From assembly GCA_964270895.1 (NCBI GenBank), contig OZ185436.1: DNA of 64,000 nucleotides. The stretch is one strand, 5' to 3'. The position numbers and the translations under genes are program-made. The number at the start of each line of letters is the position of its first letter. Position 1 is the first letter of the stretch. Positions 28,219 to 42,000 of the stretch are shown here, in pieces. The notes beneath the pieces are model-generated. The model did not search any database, was not told the DNA's origin, and worked only from the letters and a program-made list of their open reading frames with translations. The DNA comes from Podarcis filfolensis (Eukaryota).

Positions 28219-28249
<31 letters not shown>

Positions 28250-28368
28250 CCATCCCCTCTCTTCCTCCGCCAGTGGGTGGAAGAGGGAAAGTGTGGACTC
28301 GGGCTCCTCACTCGGCTTCCTGTCAATGGTTGGCCTTCTCGACCATCAGCCTTCTCCAGTTGCATGTA

Positions 28369-28507
28369 CAGTGGTACCTCAGGTTACAGACGTTTCAGGT
28401 TACAGCAGGAGGCCCCATTAGTTAAAGTGGTACCTTAGGTTAAGAACAGTTTCAGGTTAATAACGGACCTCCAGAACTAATTAAGTTCTTAACCTGAGGT
28501 ACCATTG
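28369..28507. mobile_element. same MITE family, internally deleted copy 4
   Basis: TIRs present, 139 bp. Confidence 0.85.
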
Positions 28508-29218
28508 TATTATGAAGATCCAAGGGATGCTGAGTTTGTCAGCAAGGTTGCGCTGAAGGACTGAAACTTCTGCACTCTGGCATGACCCTCTGAGGTGCCC
28601 GGTGTGCTGGTGCTGCGGTATGGTGTCACATGTATGTGATATCACATCCATGTGATATCATGTTATGTGTGGCGGGCCTGGTGCTCTGGTGTTTACTGGG
28701 CTTCCAGTGCTGTGTTTTTGATCTGTGTTCTCATGACGTTATAACAGTTCACGATGTTATAGGTTGTTTTCTGAGGGGAGGAGAGGAACCTCTGAGAAAT
28801 TAACGAATGTCAGAATCTAGCTGATATTTGGGACAGGGAGGGAAAATGCTAGCTGCGGGACTGTGTCAAGCTAGTTAAGTGCAGAGCCTTTGGGAAACAA
28901 TACCAGGCCATTGGCAATGCAAAAGAACTTGTCCTTCCCCCCAGCTCTGAGGAGTGGACAGAGACAGGAGAATGGGCAGGCTGGCAAGGTGATGGGATGT
29001 GTGTGAGGTGACAGGGAAAGAGTGTTGTTTTGCAAGGAGCAGAGGGGAGCAAAGGTAGATCCATCTTGGCTGCTGACTGGAGAGGCTGGGGAATATATGC
29101 CTGCCTGTTCTGAACTCAAGCCGGCTGAAGCTATGAGAGAAGCGAGGACAGACACTCTGGAGATATAATGCCATGAAGGCTCATCCTCTCCATGTGTCTT
29201 GTACATTTTTGCAATGTA

Positions 29219-29433
29219 CAGTGGTACCTCGGGTTACAGACACTTCAGGTTACAGACTCCTCTAACCCAGAAATAGTACCTCGGGTTAAGAACTTTGCTT
29301 CAGGATGAGAACAGAAATTGTGCGGTGGCAGTGGGAGGCCCCATTAGCTAAAGTGGTACCTCAGGTTAAGAACAGTTTCAGGTTAAGAACGGACCTCCAG
29401 AACGAATTAAGTTCTTAACCCGAGGTACCACTA
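29219..29433. mobile_element. same MITE family, copy 5
   Basis: TIRs, TA flanks. Confidence 0.9.
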
Positions 29434-30309
29434 TACTTATAATAAACACAGCAGGTAAAGGAAGAGAATAAATTCGGGGGGGGGGGCATTCTGGTGGACT
29501 GAGTTTCAGAAAGCCTTTCAGCAGTTAAAGTGGCTTAAAACACACTCCATTGCCCGAGGGCAACAAATCCACTTAAAAAACAACAACAAATACTTTCTGC
29601 ATTTAGGAAAGTTACAGGGAAATATGCTGAAAAGTGTTGATGAACGAACGGCTATGAGGAAAACATACAACAAGCAAGCAAGAAAACATGAATGCCATAT
29701 CACCTCCATGCAAATCAGTCAGAATAAATGCTCAGTAAAGATTGGGTACAGTCTAATCTCTCCTTAAGGTTTGTGCAAGCAACTCAGGATAAATGACCAT
29801 TTATTAAACAGGCCATCTGGAGGGGTCCTCAGTCTTACCAGAACGCATTCTTTGTTGTTTTTGCTGCAGCAGTCTAACGCAGCAAACAAACACGAAATAT
29901 GAGCCACAGCAGCTGCACCAAAACTGCCTGAAGTACAGTTAGCCTGCAATTTACGGACATTTTACTTGTGTGCATTCAGCTTTATGTATGCTGCGAAATA
30001 GGTAAATTAATTTAAAAGGGGTGGAAGGTGGGTGGGCATCTTGGAAAAAAAAGACTTTGGCAACCTCACCCACGATTTGGGCTTTAGATGCAATCCCTGG
30101 AATGTAACCCCTGCTCTGTTACTCACGCTCAGCCCAAGTATCCTTTGGTTTAGCTGGCAAACTTGACTGCTGATTACTTCATTCACTTACAAGCAACAGA
30201 TAATGTGTGAGAGATTCAGTGCTTTATAGCTTGTGGTGAAGAGGAGTGAGTTCTGGGTAAATATAACTATACCGAGTAATTTAAAAAATGCAGAGATCTT
30301 GTTAAAAGG

Positions 30310-31116
30310 AGATATAGATGATGCTCGGGGTGTATGGGGTGCTAGGAGAGGGGCAGTACCTCTGGTGTGGGGACACATTGTGCTCGTTCTGAGGTAGTTT
30401 GTCCACTTTTGGTCTCCACCCTGCACTCAGCTCTCACCTAGAAGCTGTCAGCATGTAACAGCAGGGCACATCCTGGGAACGGCTTCGACTGGCTGGCTAA
30501 ACCAGGTGAGAGTAGCTGCAGAGGCGGAGCAGGGTGGGGGCAGTGGGGGAGGGGTGACATCGCCGTGTGTGGTGCCCCCCGGGACGCTCTCCGCCGCTGG
30601 CGCACCCCTCTGGGATGCACGCCACCGCCACTAGCTCCGCCTCTGTCCATCCCTATGGGTGCTGCGCAGCACAGCACACCCCAGCCCTAGCCCTATGGGT
30701 GCTGCGCCATACTGTGCCGCGCCCCCCGCCCCTGGGCACCCCGCCCCAGGTGCCTGAGAGGCTTCCTCCCTCACGGGTAGTTGATGGGTCTCAAACCCTT
30801 GTTGAGTTAGGGACTTCCCCTGCATATGAAGACAGGCTCTGGCAGATTGAGCAGGCAAGACCTCTAGTGGTTCCAGTTGTCAAGAAGGTGATTTCTGCAC
30901 GTGCTGCAGAGGGAAGTGAGGGGCAGATGGGGCTCATCAACCTGGGAAAGGGGCCCATCCAGGAGAAGGAAGACTCTGATCCTAAACCTCTGCTGCCTTG
31001 CGGGATATATTTGGGAGAAGAAAAGGCTAAGCGATAAACCCTACACAAATCGGGAGTGGATGGAGCCTTGTATGCCTCCTTCAGACAACTAACTCCTGCT
31101 GCCAAGCTGATGCCAA

Positions 31117-31155
<39 letters not shown>

Positions 31156-31960
31156 TTATTATTTGTACCCTGCCCATCCAGCTGAGTTTCCTAAGTCACT
31201 CTGGGTGGCTTCCAACAAAGATTAAAAATACATAAAAATGTCACACATTAAAAGCTGCCCTGAACAGGGCTGCCTTCAGATGTCTTCTAAAAGTCAGGTA
31301 GTTGTTTATCTCTTTGACATCTGATGGGAGGGCGTTCCACAGGGCGGGTGCCACTACCGAGAACGCCCTCTGCCTGGTTCTCTATAGCTTTGCTTCTCGC
31401 AGTGAGGGAACCACCAGAAGACCCTTGACGTTGGACCTCAGCATCCAGGCAGAACAATGGGGGTGGAGACGCTCCTTCAGGTGTACTGGGCCAAGGCCGT
31501 TTAGGGCTTTAAAGGTCAGCACCAACACTTTGAATTGTGCTCGGAAACATACTGGGAGCCAATGTAGTTCTTTCAAGACCGGTGTTATGTGGTCTCGGCA
31601 GCCACCCCCAGTCACCAGTCTAGCTGCCGCATTCTGGATTAGTTGTAGTTTCTGGGTCACCTTCAAAGGTAGCCCCCACGTAGAGCGCATTGCAGTAGTC
31701 CAAGCGGGAGATAACTAGAGCATGCACCACTCTGGCAAGACATTTTGCGGGCAGGTAGGAATTGCTCTGCTTTCCTTTGGACCACATCAGCAAGACTGGG
31801 GGGGGGTCTTGTCATCTGGGCAGCCCAGGACCCCCATACACACTGTCCAGGCTTGTGCACCAGGGAGGTTGCTTTGGTGCTGCTAACATAGCGATATGAC
31901 TTCACCCCTGAGGGAAACTCCATTGTCTCTCGAGACAGATGAATACCAACAGCAACAAGA
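30310..31960 (+). mobile_element. second copy of the RTE-tailed repeat, interrupted by a GC-rich insert (about 30519-30780) and an L2 (31118-31760)
   Basis: Segments 30310-30518, 30780-31115 and 31765-31960 are reverse-complement homologs of 26385-27270; ends GAGACAGATGAATACCAACAGCAACAA. Confidence 0.65.
31118..31760 (-). mobile_element. L2 3' fragment with (ATT)n tail, nested in an RTE-derived element
   Basis: KLQLIQNAAARLVTGGGCRDHITPVLKELHWLPVCFRAQFKVLVLTFKAL; microsatellite tail at 31118-31157. Confidence 0.9.
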
Positions 31961-33001
31961 TGATGCTCATGAGACTTCAGGCTGGTATATGCTACATTTC
32001 AACAAAAATGTCCTCCTCAGGGACAACCATAAACACAAGGCATGCTGCATCTCACTGCGAGAACAGAATGCTGGACTAGATGGGCCTTTGGCCTGATTCA
32101 CCAGGGATCTTCTTACTGGCAAGATGAAGCAACAATATTGTCAATTCACTTCTTTATTATGCATCACTCATTTCATGCAATTATAAGATTTTTGGCAGCA
32201 GTGCACAGAAAGTGAAGCGAACAACGCTCCCGGTTTCTTATTTGGCCAAGTTAAATTGCTCATGCCCAAACTGATATTGCTCTTTAAACTCATATTGCTG
32301 ATCATAACTAGATGTATAAATTAGACTAATTCCACACATTACCATAATGCTTACTTTGTTTTCCTGGAGTTGTCAAATACAATAGAGCACAGGGAGCGTC
32401 TGAGCCTTTACTAGTTGCACAGAAAGAAGGATTTTGCCTGTTGCTGCTTCTCCCAACATAGCAGCATCAGGCCAGGAAAAGGTATCCCTGCCAAAATTTA
32501 GCCCTTCTATGCCAATTGTTCTTTTCCTGGATTACCTGATGGCAGCACTAGGCAACTGGCTCCAGCTGTTGCCATTTCAAGTTCCCACAATGCCTCTGTT
32601 GCTCTGGTAATTTATTCCTGGACAAAGACACCCTTTTCAAGTTGATAAACCCTCTTGAAGCCCTGGCAACTGCCCAAGGATGGCATGCATTGATGCCAGG
32701 CCAGAAAACATGCCACCCAGTGAAGACTTGGAAAACCAGTACTTCAGAATATTTGGTTTTGCGAGGCTCAGTTAAGTGGCAAATTTTGTCCTGTTTTCAC
32801 ATATTTCCAAGAATGATTTGCTTTGACATTAGTAATTTAATATCTAACAGCATTAGACATTCTGTCCCACGGAATTTCCTGACCATATACAACTTAACTG
32901 GTGGTAATGTAGTGCAATTGTATCACATGCATCGATTATGTGATCTAGTCTACAAAAATGCCATGCTCCTTGTTCCACCACAAACGCCAATAATCTATAA
33001 T

Positions 33002-36000
33002 TCAGCGCGTCCACTGTATGATAATAACAGCTAAAAAGATGACAGATAAAATCAGGCGGGTGTAATACAGCCCTTTCTCCACAAGGGCCATTGTTTTATC
33101 CCACGCGACTGATTCAGGGTCATCCTGGCGTTCTTCTAGAGAGAGATGTTTCTTGATCTGTTGCAGTTCCATATTCAGATGTTTCAGAAACACCAAGCTG
33201 TCATCTTCACTGTCTTTTGCTGGCAAGGGAAATCCATCTGCCGGCTGGTTCTCTTTGGGGCACCTGTCTCCTGTACAGATGAAAATGAGGAGGATATATG
33301 TTAATCTGTTAATCTGTTATGTTTGGGAACAGACATTGTTTGAGAATAAAGGAATGGAGAGTTAAAGAACTGCTTCTTTGATTCCAAATTCTGGCGTATG
33401 GTTCACTGGAAGCCGTGTTGGACGTTTTGCATCTGTTATAACGCAATGTGAAGCAACATACCTCCACCTTCATTAAAACAAATGCCAGTTATTTGATTCC
33501 AGACAGAGTCTGGGTTTTCCTTGCAAGACTCAAAGTGCTGCAAATCAAGAAGGCTCTTGCAGTGCAATTCTATGCATGCCTACTGAGAACTAAGTTCCAC
33601 CATCAAGTTTAGTTGAATGTACTCCCAGATAAGTGTTTCAGCCTTAAGATATGCAGGTTAAATGGCTCTAAGAGCAATATTAATATTTTCCAGTATGTAA
33701 TGAATGAAGAAGAGCTTGCATCTGATTTAAGCTTATTTCCACTTTCTATATTGCATGAAAGTGCATGAAAGGGATCAGATGTGACATATCTGAGGCTTAA
33801 CAGAATGAATGAAACTTGTGAAAATTGCCCAGACCTTAGATTAATATGGATTGCTTCCTTCCACACTTACTTATTTGAGCTATGCTGACAGCCTGAGGCC
33901 TCAGGTCCATTTCACACATTAGTCAGAAAAAAATACAAGCTTCTTCCAACTGCACATTCTGGTGGGAGATGTACACTACTTGATGAATTTATTCTAAATC
34001 TGTTTATTCTAAATCTGTTTAATAAATCAATCAATAAACAAATTCCAGCTCTCCAGTGGGTGTGTCTCAATTATTTGTTTTTCTTTTTAAGAGTGTATAC
34101 AGTGGTACCTCGGGTTAAGAACTTAATTCGTTCTGGAGGTCCGTTCTTAACCTGAAACTGTTCTTAACCTGAGGTACCACTTTAGCTAATGGGGCCTCCC
34201 ACTGCCGCCGCGCGATTTCTGTTCTCATCCTGAAGCAAAGTTCTTAACCCAAGGTACTATTTCTGGGTTAGCGGAGTCTGTAACCTGAAGCGTCTGTAAC
34301 CTGAAGCGCCTGTAACCCGAGGTACCACTGTACTTAAATCCTGCGCATACCCTGTGCGAAAAGATTTCTTATAGTAATGGATGATGGTGCTTGATATCTG
34401 CACCCTTCTTCTGCTTTATAGGTGCCCCACCTCCTTACGGTAAATAGTTTACATTTCGGAAAACGCTTACCTAAATGGATCGCTGGGCTCTCGCATTCCT
34501 CTTTCTTCTTGCTCAGGATTCTATTCATGAATTTATTCCCCTTGAAGGATGGCAACTTTGGTCTCTTCTCTCTGAGATAGAGTACGAAAGCGTTCTCCAA
34601 GATACCAAGGACCAGAAATACAAACATCCCAGTGAAAAACGCGGCTGCATTGAAGAAGAAGAAACAGGGGTGGTGAAAAGCTAGCATCCCTCAGATGTCT
34701 TTTCTTTAATGTGGGAATGGGGAATCCAAGGACTGTTCCAGTGCTTGAAACTCTCAATGGGCCAAGTCCTTATCAATAGATTTGCCCTTTCCTCTCCTTG
34801 AGTGTTTGCTTGGCTAGAATGTGTCCTTGAATTCAGAAGTGGCCTAGTGTGGTGGAGCTGCCTCTTTCGCGTTCCAACAGTGATATCACTTACCACTTAC
34901 TGTCAGGGAGAGAGAGGAGGCAACTGAGAGGGGCAGTCTGGAGTGAGTGCATCAGCAGAGCCTGTCTGGCACTCCTGCTAGTGTACTTGCACTGCGTCAA
35001 GCTCCTTTCCTTTCCTTCCTAACCCCTTCTCTCCCTCCTAGTAAGAAGGAAGGTCTGGAGGGCAGCAACATGAGAAAACAGGCCTTTTCTGCAGTGGCTC
35101 CCTGTTTGTGGAATGCTCTCCCCAGGGAAGTTCACCTCGCACCTTCATTATACACCTTTAAGCATCAGGTAGACCATTTCTCTTCAACCAGGCCTTTGGC
35201 TGATTGATGTCTAATGCCCTTTTAAAATTCAGGTAGGTAGCCATGTTGGTCTAAAGTGAAAACTATGGAGAGAACTAGTCTGAATAGAGATAGTGGATTC
35301 TTGTCTCATTACATATGCTATAGCTATTTTTGGTCATCTGTATACTATCCCTTGCTTTTTCTTGTAGGACTAATTGCAGTCATTAAAAGTCATCAACAGT
35401 TTTACCATACCCATTGAGTCAATCACCCATCTCCTACTACCCACTATATATAAAGGTCTGTGACTTCTGATTCAGTGTATCTGAAGAAGTGTGCATGCAC
35501 ACAAAAGCTTATACCCGGAACAAACTTAGTTGGTCTCTAAGGTGCTACTGGACAATATTTTTATTTCTTTCGCCCTTTTAAAATGTGTTGTGGGATGGGA
35601 TACTATTGGGTTGTTTTTGTTTTTATTATGTATTTTCTTGTTTTAAAAAAATATATATTGTGATTTATTTTGTGAACTGCCTTGGGATCTACAGGTAAAG
35701 GGAGGCATACAAATGTAATATATAATAAAATAATAATAATAATTCACCTTCAAGCTGGAAGATAGGGATAATAATACTGACCGACCTTACAGGGTTGCTA
35801 TACGATTTGAAAGATAATATATTTGAAGTGCTTTGACTATATTAAAGTGCTAAACAAATTGCTAAGGTGGTATTGTTATTCTATTTTTGTACCGTGCAAG
35901 ATAATGATGATTCACAAAATGTACCTCCAACTAAAAGTTAGTTACTGACCCAGGGACCTGCTCACTAACTAAACCACAATGTGAATTAGTCCAATGAAAG

Positions 36001-39000
36001 CAATCAAAACTATTTGACAGACCCTAAGTGTTCAAAGGCTGCCGGCGCTTAAATAAGACATGCATAAAAGGTGGTTTACCTATGACTGGTGGATTATCCG
36101 ATGTTGCGGGTAGCATATCATTAAGAATCATTGACAAAAATGAGATTTGAAGGATCAGTGTCATTTTGAAGGCAATCTTTTCTCCAGGAGAGGCAGATGC
36201 AAAAGAAATAGCCATATCCAGCAAAAAAAGAGTTAAAGTTGGAAGGATCAGAACCAACACATACAAAATGGAGCGCCTTTTCATAGAAATCTGTCCAAAA
36301 AAGGGGGGAAATGAATAAATAAAAACAAAGATTACAGCAAAGAATGGAACTCTCTTTTCAGTCTCATTAGTAGCATACATTCATTCATAGTCCTTATTCT
36401 TAGCAACCCATTGGTGGGTGGGACCACCGTCTTCCCTCTTCCAAAAATGTTTCAGAAGGAAAAGTGGGATATAAATGTAATATTAATAACAATAACAATT
36501 GTAGGAAAAAATGGAGCCCCTGGCAGGACCTGGAGTGGAATCAAAAGAGCTGCTGCAAAAACCCTGAAATGGATCACCGTACCACTGAGGGATTTACCAT
36601 TGAAGGAAAACAAAGGTTTCTCTGTCTGTAATGGCCTGGCAGGCAAAATTTCAATAATCAGAACTTGATGGCACCAGGGCTGTGGAATGCCTCCCTCCTT
36701 GCTGAAATGCAAAAGGCCTCCATCAGTGTTGGCATTCCACTGGCTCCTATAGACATACCTATTTAGGCAAGCATTCCTCCCAAATGAACTTCTGATTTAT
36801 TGTTCTCCCTGTTGGTTTAACAGTGTTTTGTTTTTAATCGAAGTGTCCATCATCAACATATTTCAAAGAACACTTGCATTCTTTTTTAAGAAATAAAAAT
36901 GAGCCAATAACATACTACCCTTTTAAAATTTACCTAAAATATAAATCTTTTTAATGACAATTATCAACCAGTCTGGAAGGAGATTAAAAGAGAATTAGAA
37001 ATATGGGACAGATTAAAGCTATCAATGATGGGAAGAATGTCTGCGATTAAAATGAATCTACTACCGAAAATGTTGTTTTCATTCCAGACAATTCCGATAA
37101 TAAGAGGTTTAAGACAATTCAAAGAGTGGCAAAAAACCCTCTTGCGTTTTATATGGCAAGGGAAAAGACCAAGAATTACATTTAAAATATTGACAGATAA
37201 GAAGGAAAGAGGGGGGGTTGCAGTACCTGATCTGAAACTCTATTATGAAGCGGCATGTTTATGTTGGACAAAGGATTGGATAATTCAGGAGAACCTAGAC
37301 TTGTTAGATTTGGAGGGGTTCAACAACAGATTTGGATGGCACTCTTATCTTTGGTGTGGTAAGGCAAAAGTGCATAAGGGGTTTACAAATCATGTGATAA
37401 GAGGTGCTTTATTTGAAGTCTGGGAAAGAAACAAGAATTTGTTGGAAAGGAAAACACCGTGGTGGCTGTCACCAATTGATATATTAACAGTTAAAAAAAT
37501 GAACATACTAGGGAGAGGGGCCACATATGAGGAAATTTTGATGAAGGCCGAAAAAGGTTGGAAATTAAAGCCCTATGAGTGTATTGCTGAAAAATTGACA
37601 GGATGGTTGCAATACCATCAAGTCAATGATGTCTTTAAAGAGGATAAAAAAATAGGATTTGAGGACAAAAAAATTGAAATTTCAAATAGATATTTTAGAG
37701 AGTAAATCCAAGCTATTATCAAAAATGTACAATCTCTTACTAGAATGGAACACAAAAGATGAATTTATAAAAGAGGCTATGATAAAATGGGCTATTGATT
37801 TAGGACATAACATAGAATATGATGTATGGGCCAAACTCTGGAATGAGAGCATAAAATTCACTGCTTGTTCTGCCTTAAAAGAAAATGTTATGAAGATGGT
37901 TTATCGTTGGTATCTCACTCCCACCAAATTGGCAAAAATGTATAGAACAAGTAGTAAAACCTGCTGGAAGTGCTAGGAAAAAGACGGTGATTTCTATCAT
38001 ATGTGGTGGTCTTGCAATAAAATAAAAGAGTTTTGGGATGAGGTTTACAACGAGTTAAAAAAGATGTTTAAGTACAGTTTTCCCAAAAAGCCGGAAGAAT
38101 TTTTGCTAGGTTTGGTGGGAGAAGGGATTAAAAAGATAGATCAAAGATTATATTTATATGCAACAACTGCAGCCAGAGTTCTGATAGCTCTAAAGTGGAA
38201 GCAACAGGAGATGCCAACAATAAGAGAATGGCAGATAAAGTTGGTTGAGTATGCTGAGATGGCTAAATTGACACACAGAATTCGCAATCAGTTGGAGACA
38301 AAGTACCAAAAAGAATGGAGTAAGTTTATGGTTTATATAAGTGAGAATTGTACAAATATGAAAACGTTGGCAGGATTGAAATAATTCTCATGTCATGGTA
38401 TAATTAAAGAATCTGTAAACTATAGAATGGAATAGGAAAACTGGTGGAAGGGAAGGACAGAAGCTAATGGATCTATGAAACACAAAGTAGGAAACATGTA
38501 ACAAGATGTGATGTTTTGGTGGTGGGTGGTGGGGGTTGGCTGGTGATTGTAAATTTCAATAAAAATCATTTAATTTTTTTTTTACCTAAAATCTAAGCAG
38601 CAGTTCTGAAAATAAGTGTGGATTAAAACTCGTGAGCATGAAAAACAAACACTAGCTACATAGGGGGAGATCTTTTTCTGTTTCCATGTTTTTTTAAATG
38701 TATTAGAAGCCAAATACCTCATAAGTGACAGCACTGAAGTTAATTAAATCATATTCCATGATGTGCTCAATGATCCTCAGCTCCTCAAACTTCCATTCCC
38801 CACTGGTCAAGTAATTTTTGCGACTATCTTGGTTCGCCTTCTTGGAAGATTTGTTGCTCATGATTATCATTTCCTTATCTAGAGGCAGTAGAAGAGAAAT
38901 GATACGGAAGGTTGTTACTTCAGGGCAGTATAGAAAATCACAGTCACATCCATATTAGGTCTTCCTTTTGAGGTTGTGCCATAACTGTTCCATCTTGTCC

Positions 39001-42000
39001 CACAGTTTGCTCAAAAAAAATGGTAGTGATGTATCAGTAGCACACACATGGTCAGCCTCCAATGGGAGCAACTCTGAATTATTTTGAGAGGCAACTTTGA
39101 CCATTGGTAAGGGGAGCAAACATGCAGGGAAGAGTGATTATGGGGAGAGAGTGAAGAAAGATGCAGAAAACAGGGAACGTAGGGCACATTCAGAAAAACA
39201 CAAGCGGAGTGTATAGTGGGGACCTCCTGATGAAGGGTGGATAAGAAATACAGCGAACAAATAATAATGGCTTGTTCCCCATGCTAGTCCTACTTCACAT
39301 CGACCCATTGAAAGTACAGTGGTACCTCAGGTTACAGACACTTCAGGTTACAGACTCCGCTAACCCATAAATAGTACCTCAGGTTAAGAACTTTGCTTCA
39401 GGATGAGAACAGAAATCGTGCAGCAGCAGCAGGAGGCCCCATTAGCTAAAGTGGTACCTCAGGTTAAGAACAGTTTCAGGTTAAGAACAGACCTCCGGAA
39501 TGAATTACGTTATTAACCTGAGGTACCACTATAATGGACTTGACTAACCCAATCTTATCTTACAACATAATAAAGTTGTAAGGCTGTCATCATGCTGCAA
39601 TTGGAAATTCAGGCATTTTTCGCTTCTTACCACATCTGCAGCCTTGCCATAAATGTTAGGGAGGGGTGGAACAAATGGGAGAAAATCTCCTCTTCATCTG
39701 TTCCCGCCACCCCCATCCCCATGCTGCTGCTCTGAGGTGCAAAAAACACCTGCATTTAAAAATGCAGCCATTCTTGTCTCTTCCCACAGTAGAAACCATG
39801 CTCCCTTTGTTGGCAACCCCATTGGAGGTAGGGCTTGGTGATGTGCAAAGGGATGGGGGTTGGGCAAGCTGTTAGGGCTTTGGGGCCATTGAGAGAGCTG
39901 CGGCGGGATTGGGGGTTGGGTGAGGTGTAAACGGAGGGGAGTTGGCAAGCTGCGTAGGGTTTAGTGGGGTTGGTGAGCCACATAAGCTGGGCTGCAGCCC
40001 CTGGTTATAATAATTGCCGAGATAGGTGGAAAAGGGGGTGAAGTGTGGTGGTTTGGAGTTCAACATAAGAGTGAGTTCATGGGGTGCAAATTGGGGGTGT
40101 GAATTCAAGAGGGTACAAATGAAGAGAGAGAAGCCAACTATCATGCCAGTTCAACGAAATACATGGTTTTACCTGAATGTATCGATGACATTATGCTTAT
40201 GTTGCATTTTTGTTGATCGAAAGGAAACGCATGGACATCCAGACTGCAGGATGAAGTCAGTCGGTAGGCTTGAAACATTTGAATGGAACCGTCGGCTGAT
40301 ACATAAGCAAAAGGGCTCTGTGTGAACTTGTCTTCATCTGCCCTAAAGACAGCGTATTGTAATTAGGAAAGCTTTGCATTTTGCACAGATTAGATAACCC
40401 GTAAGTCTGGCCCCTACATGGGAAGCCTCATTGTTAATCATAGAACTGTAAAGTTGGAAGAGACCCCAAGGATCATCTAGTCCAGCGGTTCTCAACCTGT
40501 GGGTCCCCAGATGTTGTTGGACTACAACTCTCATCATCCCTAAGCTCTGGTTTTGCTAGCTAGGGGTGATGGGAGTTGTAGTTCAACAACATCTGGGGAC
40601 CCACAGTTCAGAAAAGCTGATCTAGTCCAACCCCCTGCGATGCAGGAATCTGTTTGCTCAATGTGGGGCTCAAACCCACAACCCTGAAATTAAGAGTCTC
40701 ATGGTCTACCAACTATTTGTTGGAACAACCAACTAAAGCAGGGATTGTCAGCCTGGTCCCTACCGCCCACTAGTTTCAGGATTCTAGATGGGCGGTCGGG
40801 GGTTCTATGGCAAAAGTTGAATCCTCCTTCCATCAAGCACTGGTGGGTGGTAAGGAAATTTTACCATCAAGAAAGATGCATTAGTGGGTGGTAAGTACAA
40901 AAAGGTTGACTACCCCTGATCTAAAGGGTCAACATGTAGATATTGACTTCATGACAATAATAAAACATAAAATATAACTGAATGATGATATAAAATACTT
41001 ATAACAAACAAATAATGAATCAAAACTTGTACAATTTTCTAATTTATTCCCATCTCATCAGCGGGAAACTGGGGGTGAAGAACAAGCAGAATGTGGACAA
41101 GCCCTTAGACCAAATTCTGTGCCAAGAAGACTTGAGGCAACCTGAACTCAGTCAAACAACGCAAAATTCACAGGTTCTTGCCTTAGCCCTGGCAATGGTG
41201 TCTGTATTTGTGCTCAGCCCCCAGCCCAGCGCTGTTAAACCTCTGGCTATCATGGCAGGCAGCCTTCTCAACGCCTGGGAATGGATATGGTAAAGTGGTT
41301 TCAGTACATGGCTGCACCAAAAGCGACCCTGTGAATTTGCCCACAAAATGCAGTTTGGAAACACATTCACCATGGGATAAAAGCGGCATTACCGTTCATC
41401 TATGTAGAGGTCTGGGGTCCAGAAAAGGTTCACAGGCAAAGTGATATTTGTAATGTTACAGAAATCCAAGGGATTCCATGAGACAAATTCATTGTCCCAG
41501 AACTAGAGGAAAGAAAAAATATATTACTTACAATAAAATAAAATAAAATCATGGGAGGATAGATCTGTTTGCTATTTACAGAGAAGAAAGAGGACCTCAC
41601 CACATACATCCAGAAATAGAATGTGACCACCTGCAATTTTTCTTGCTGCAAGGAACCAAAAGGGAAAAGATTAACACATTATCTTCCTCCTGTCCAAGAG
41701 AATTAACACAGAGACAGATATATTGGTGGTACAATGGGTGGGTGGGAGATGGATGTTCCTCTTTAAAAATCCACCTGTCCCCAACTGATTGGTGGCCCTG
41801 CCTGTCACACACAGCTAGAATTTAAGCTATGAATCCAGTAAGCGACTGTTCTGCAATTTCCCCCAACAGTTTGCAATTGTAAGGCAGCACTCCATATCCA
41901 ACCTCCCTTCCCTTTCTTTGCCCCCTCCCCAGTATTTGTGCTTAGCCCCATCACTAGCAACCAACCGTGCAATGATTATTCTCTCTTACCACTGAAAGGA

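Noticed and set aside
25410-32570. a fourth (pseudo)copy of the channel gene between A and B
   Set aside because: I searched for Cys-loop, GEW, M1-M2 and M4 exon signatures and found only TEs and unique non-coding DNA.
39820-40140. G-rich tract in intron 5 of B (and C) as a functional G-quadruplex
   Set aside because: G-runs are irregular and poorly conserved between paralogs; no independent evidence of function.
40640-40714. tRNA-Lys gene on the minus strand
   Set aside because: Degenerate stems and B box, and fused to a CR1-like tail: it is a SINE head, not a tRNA gene.
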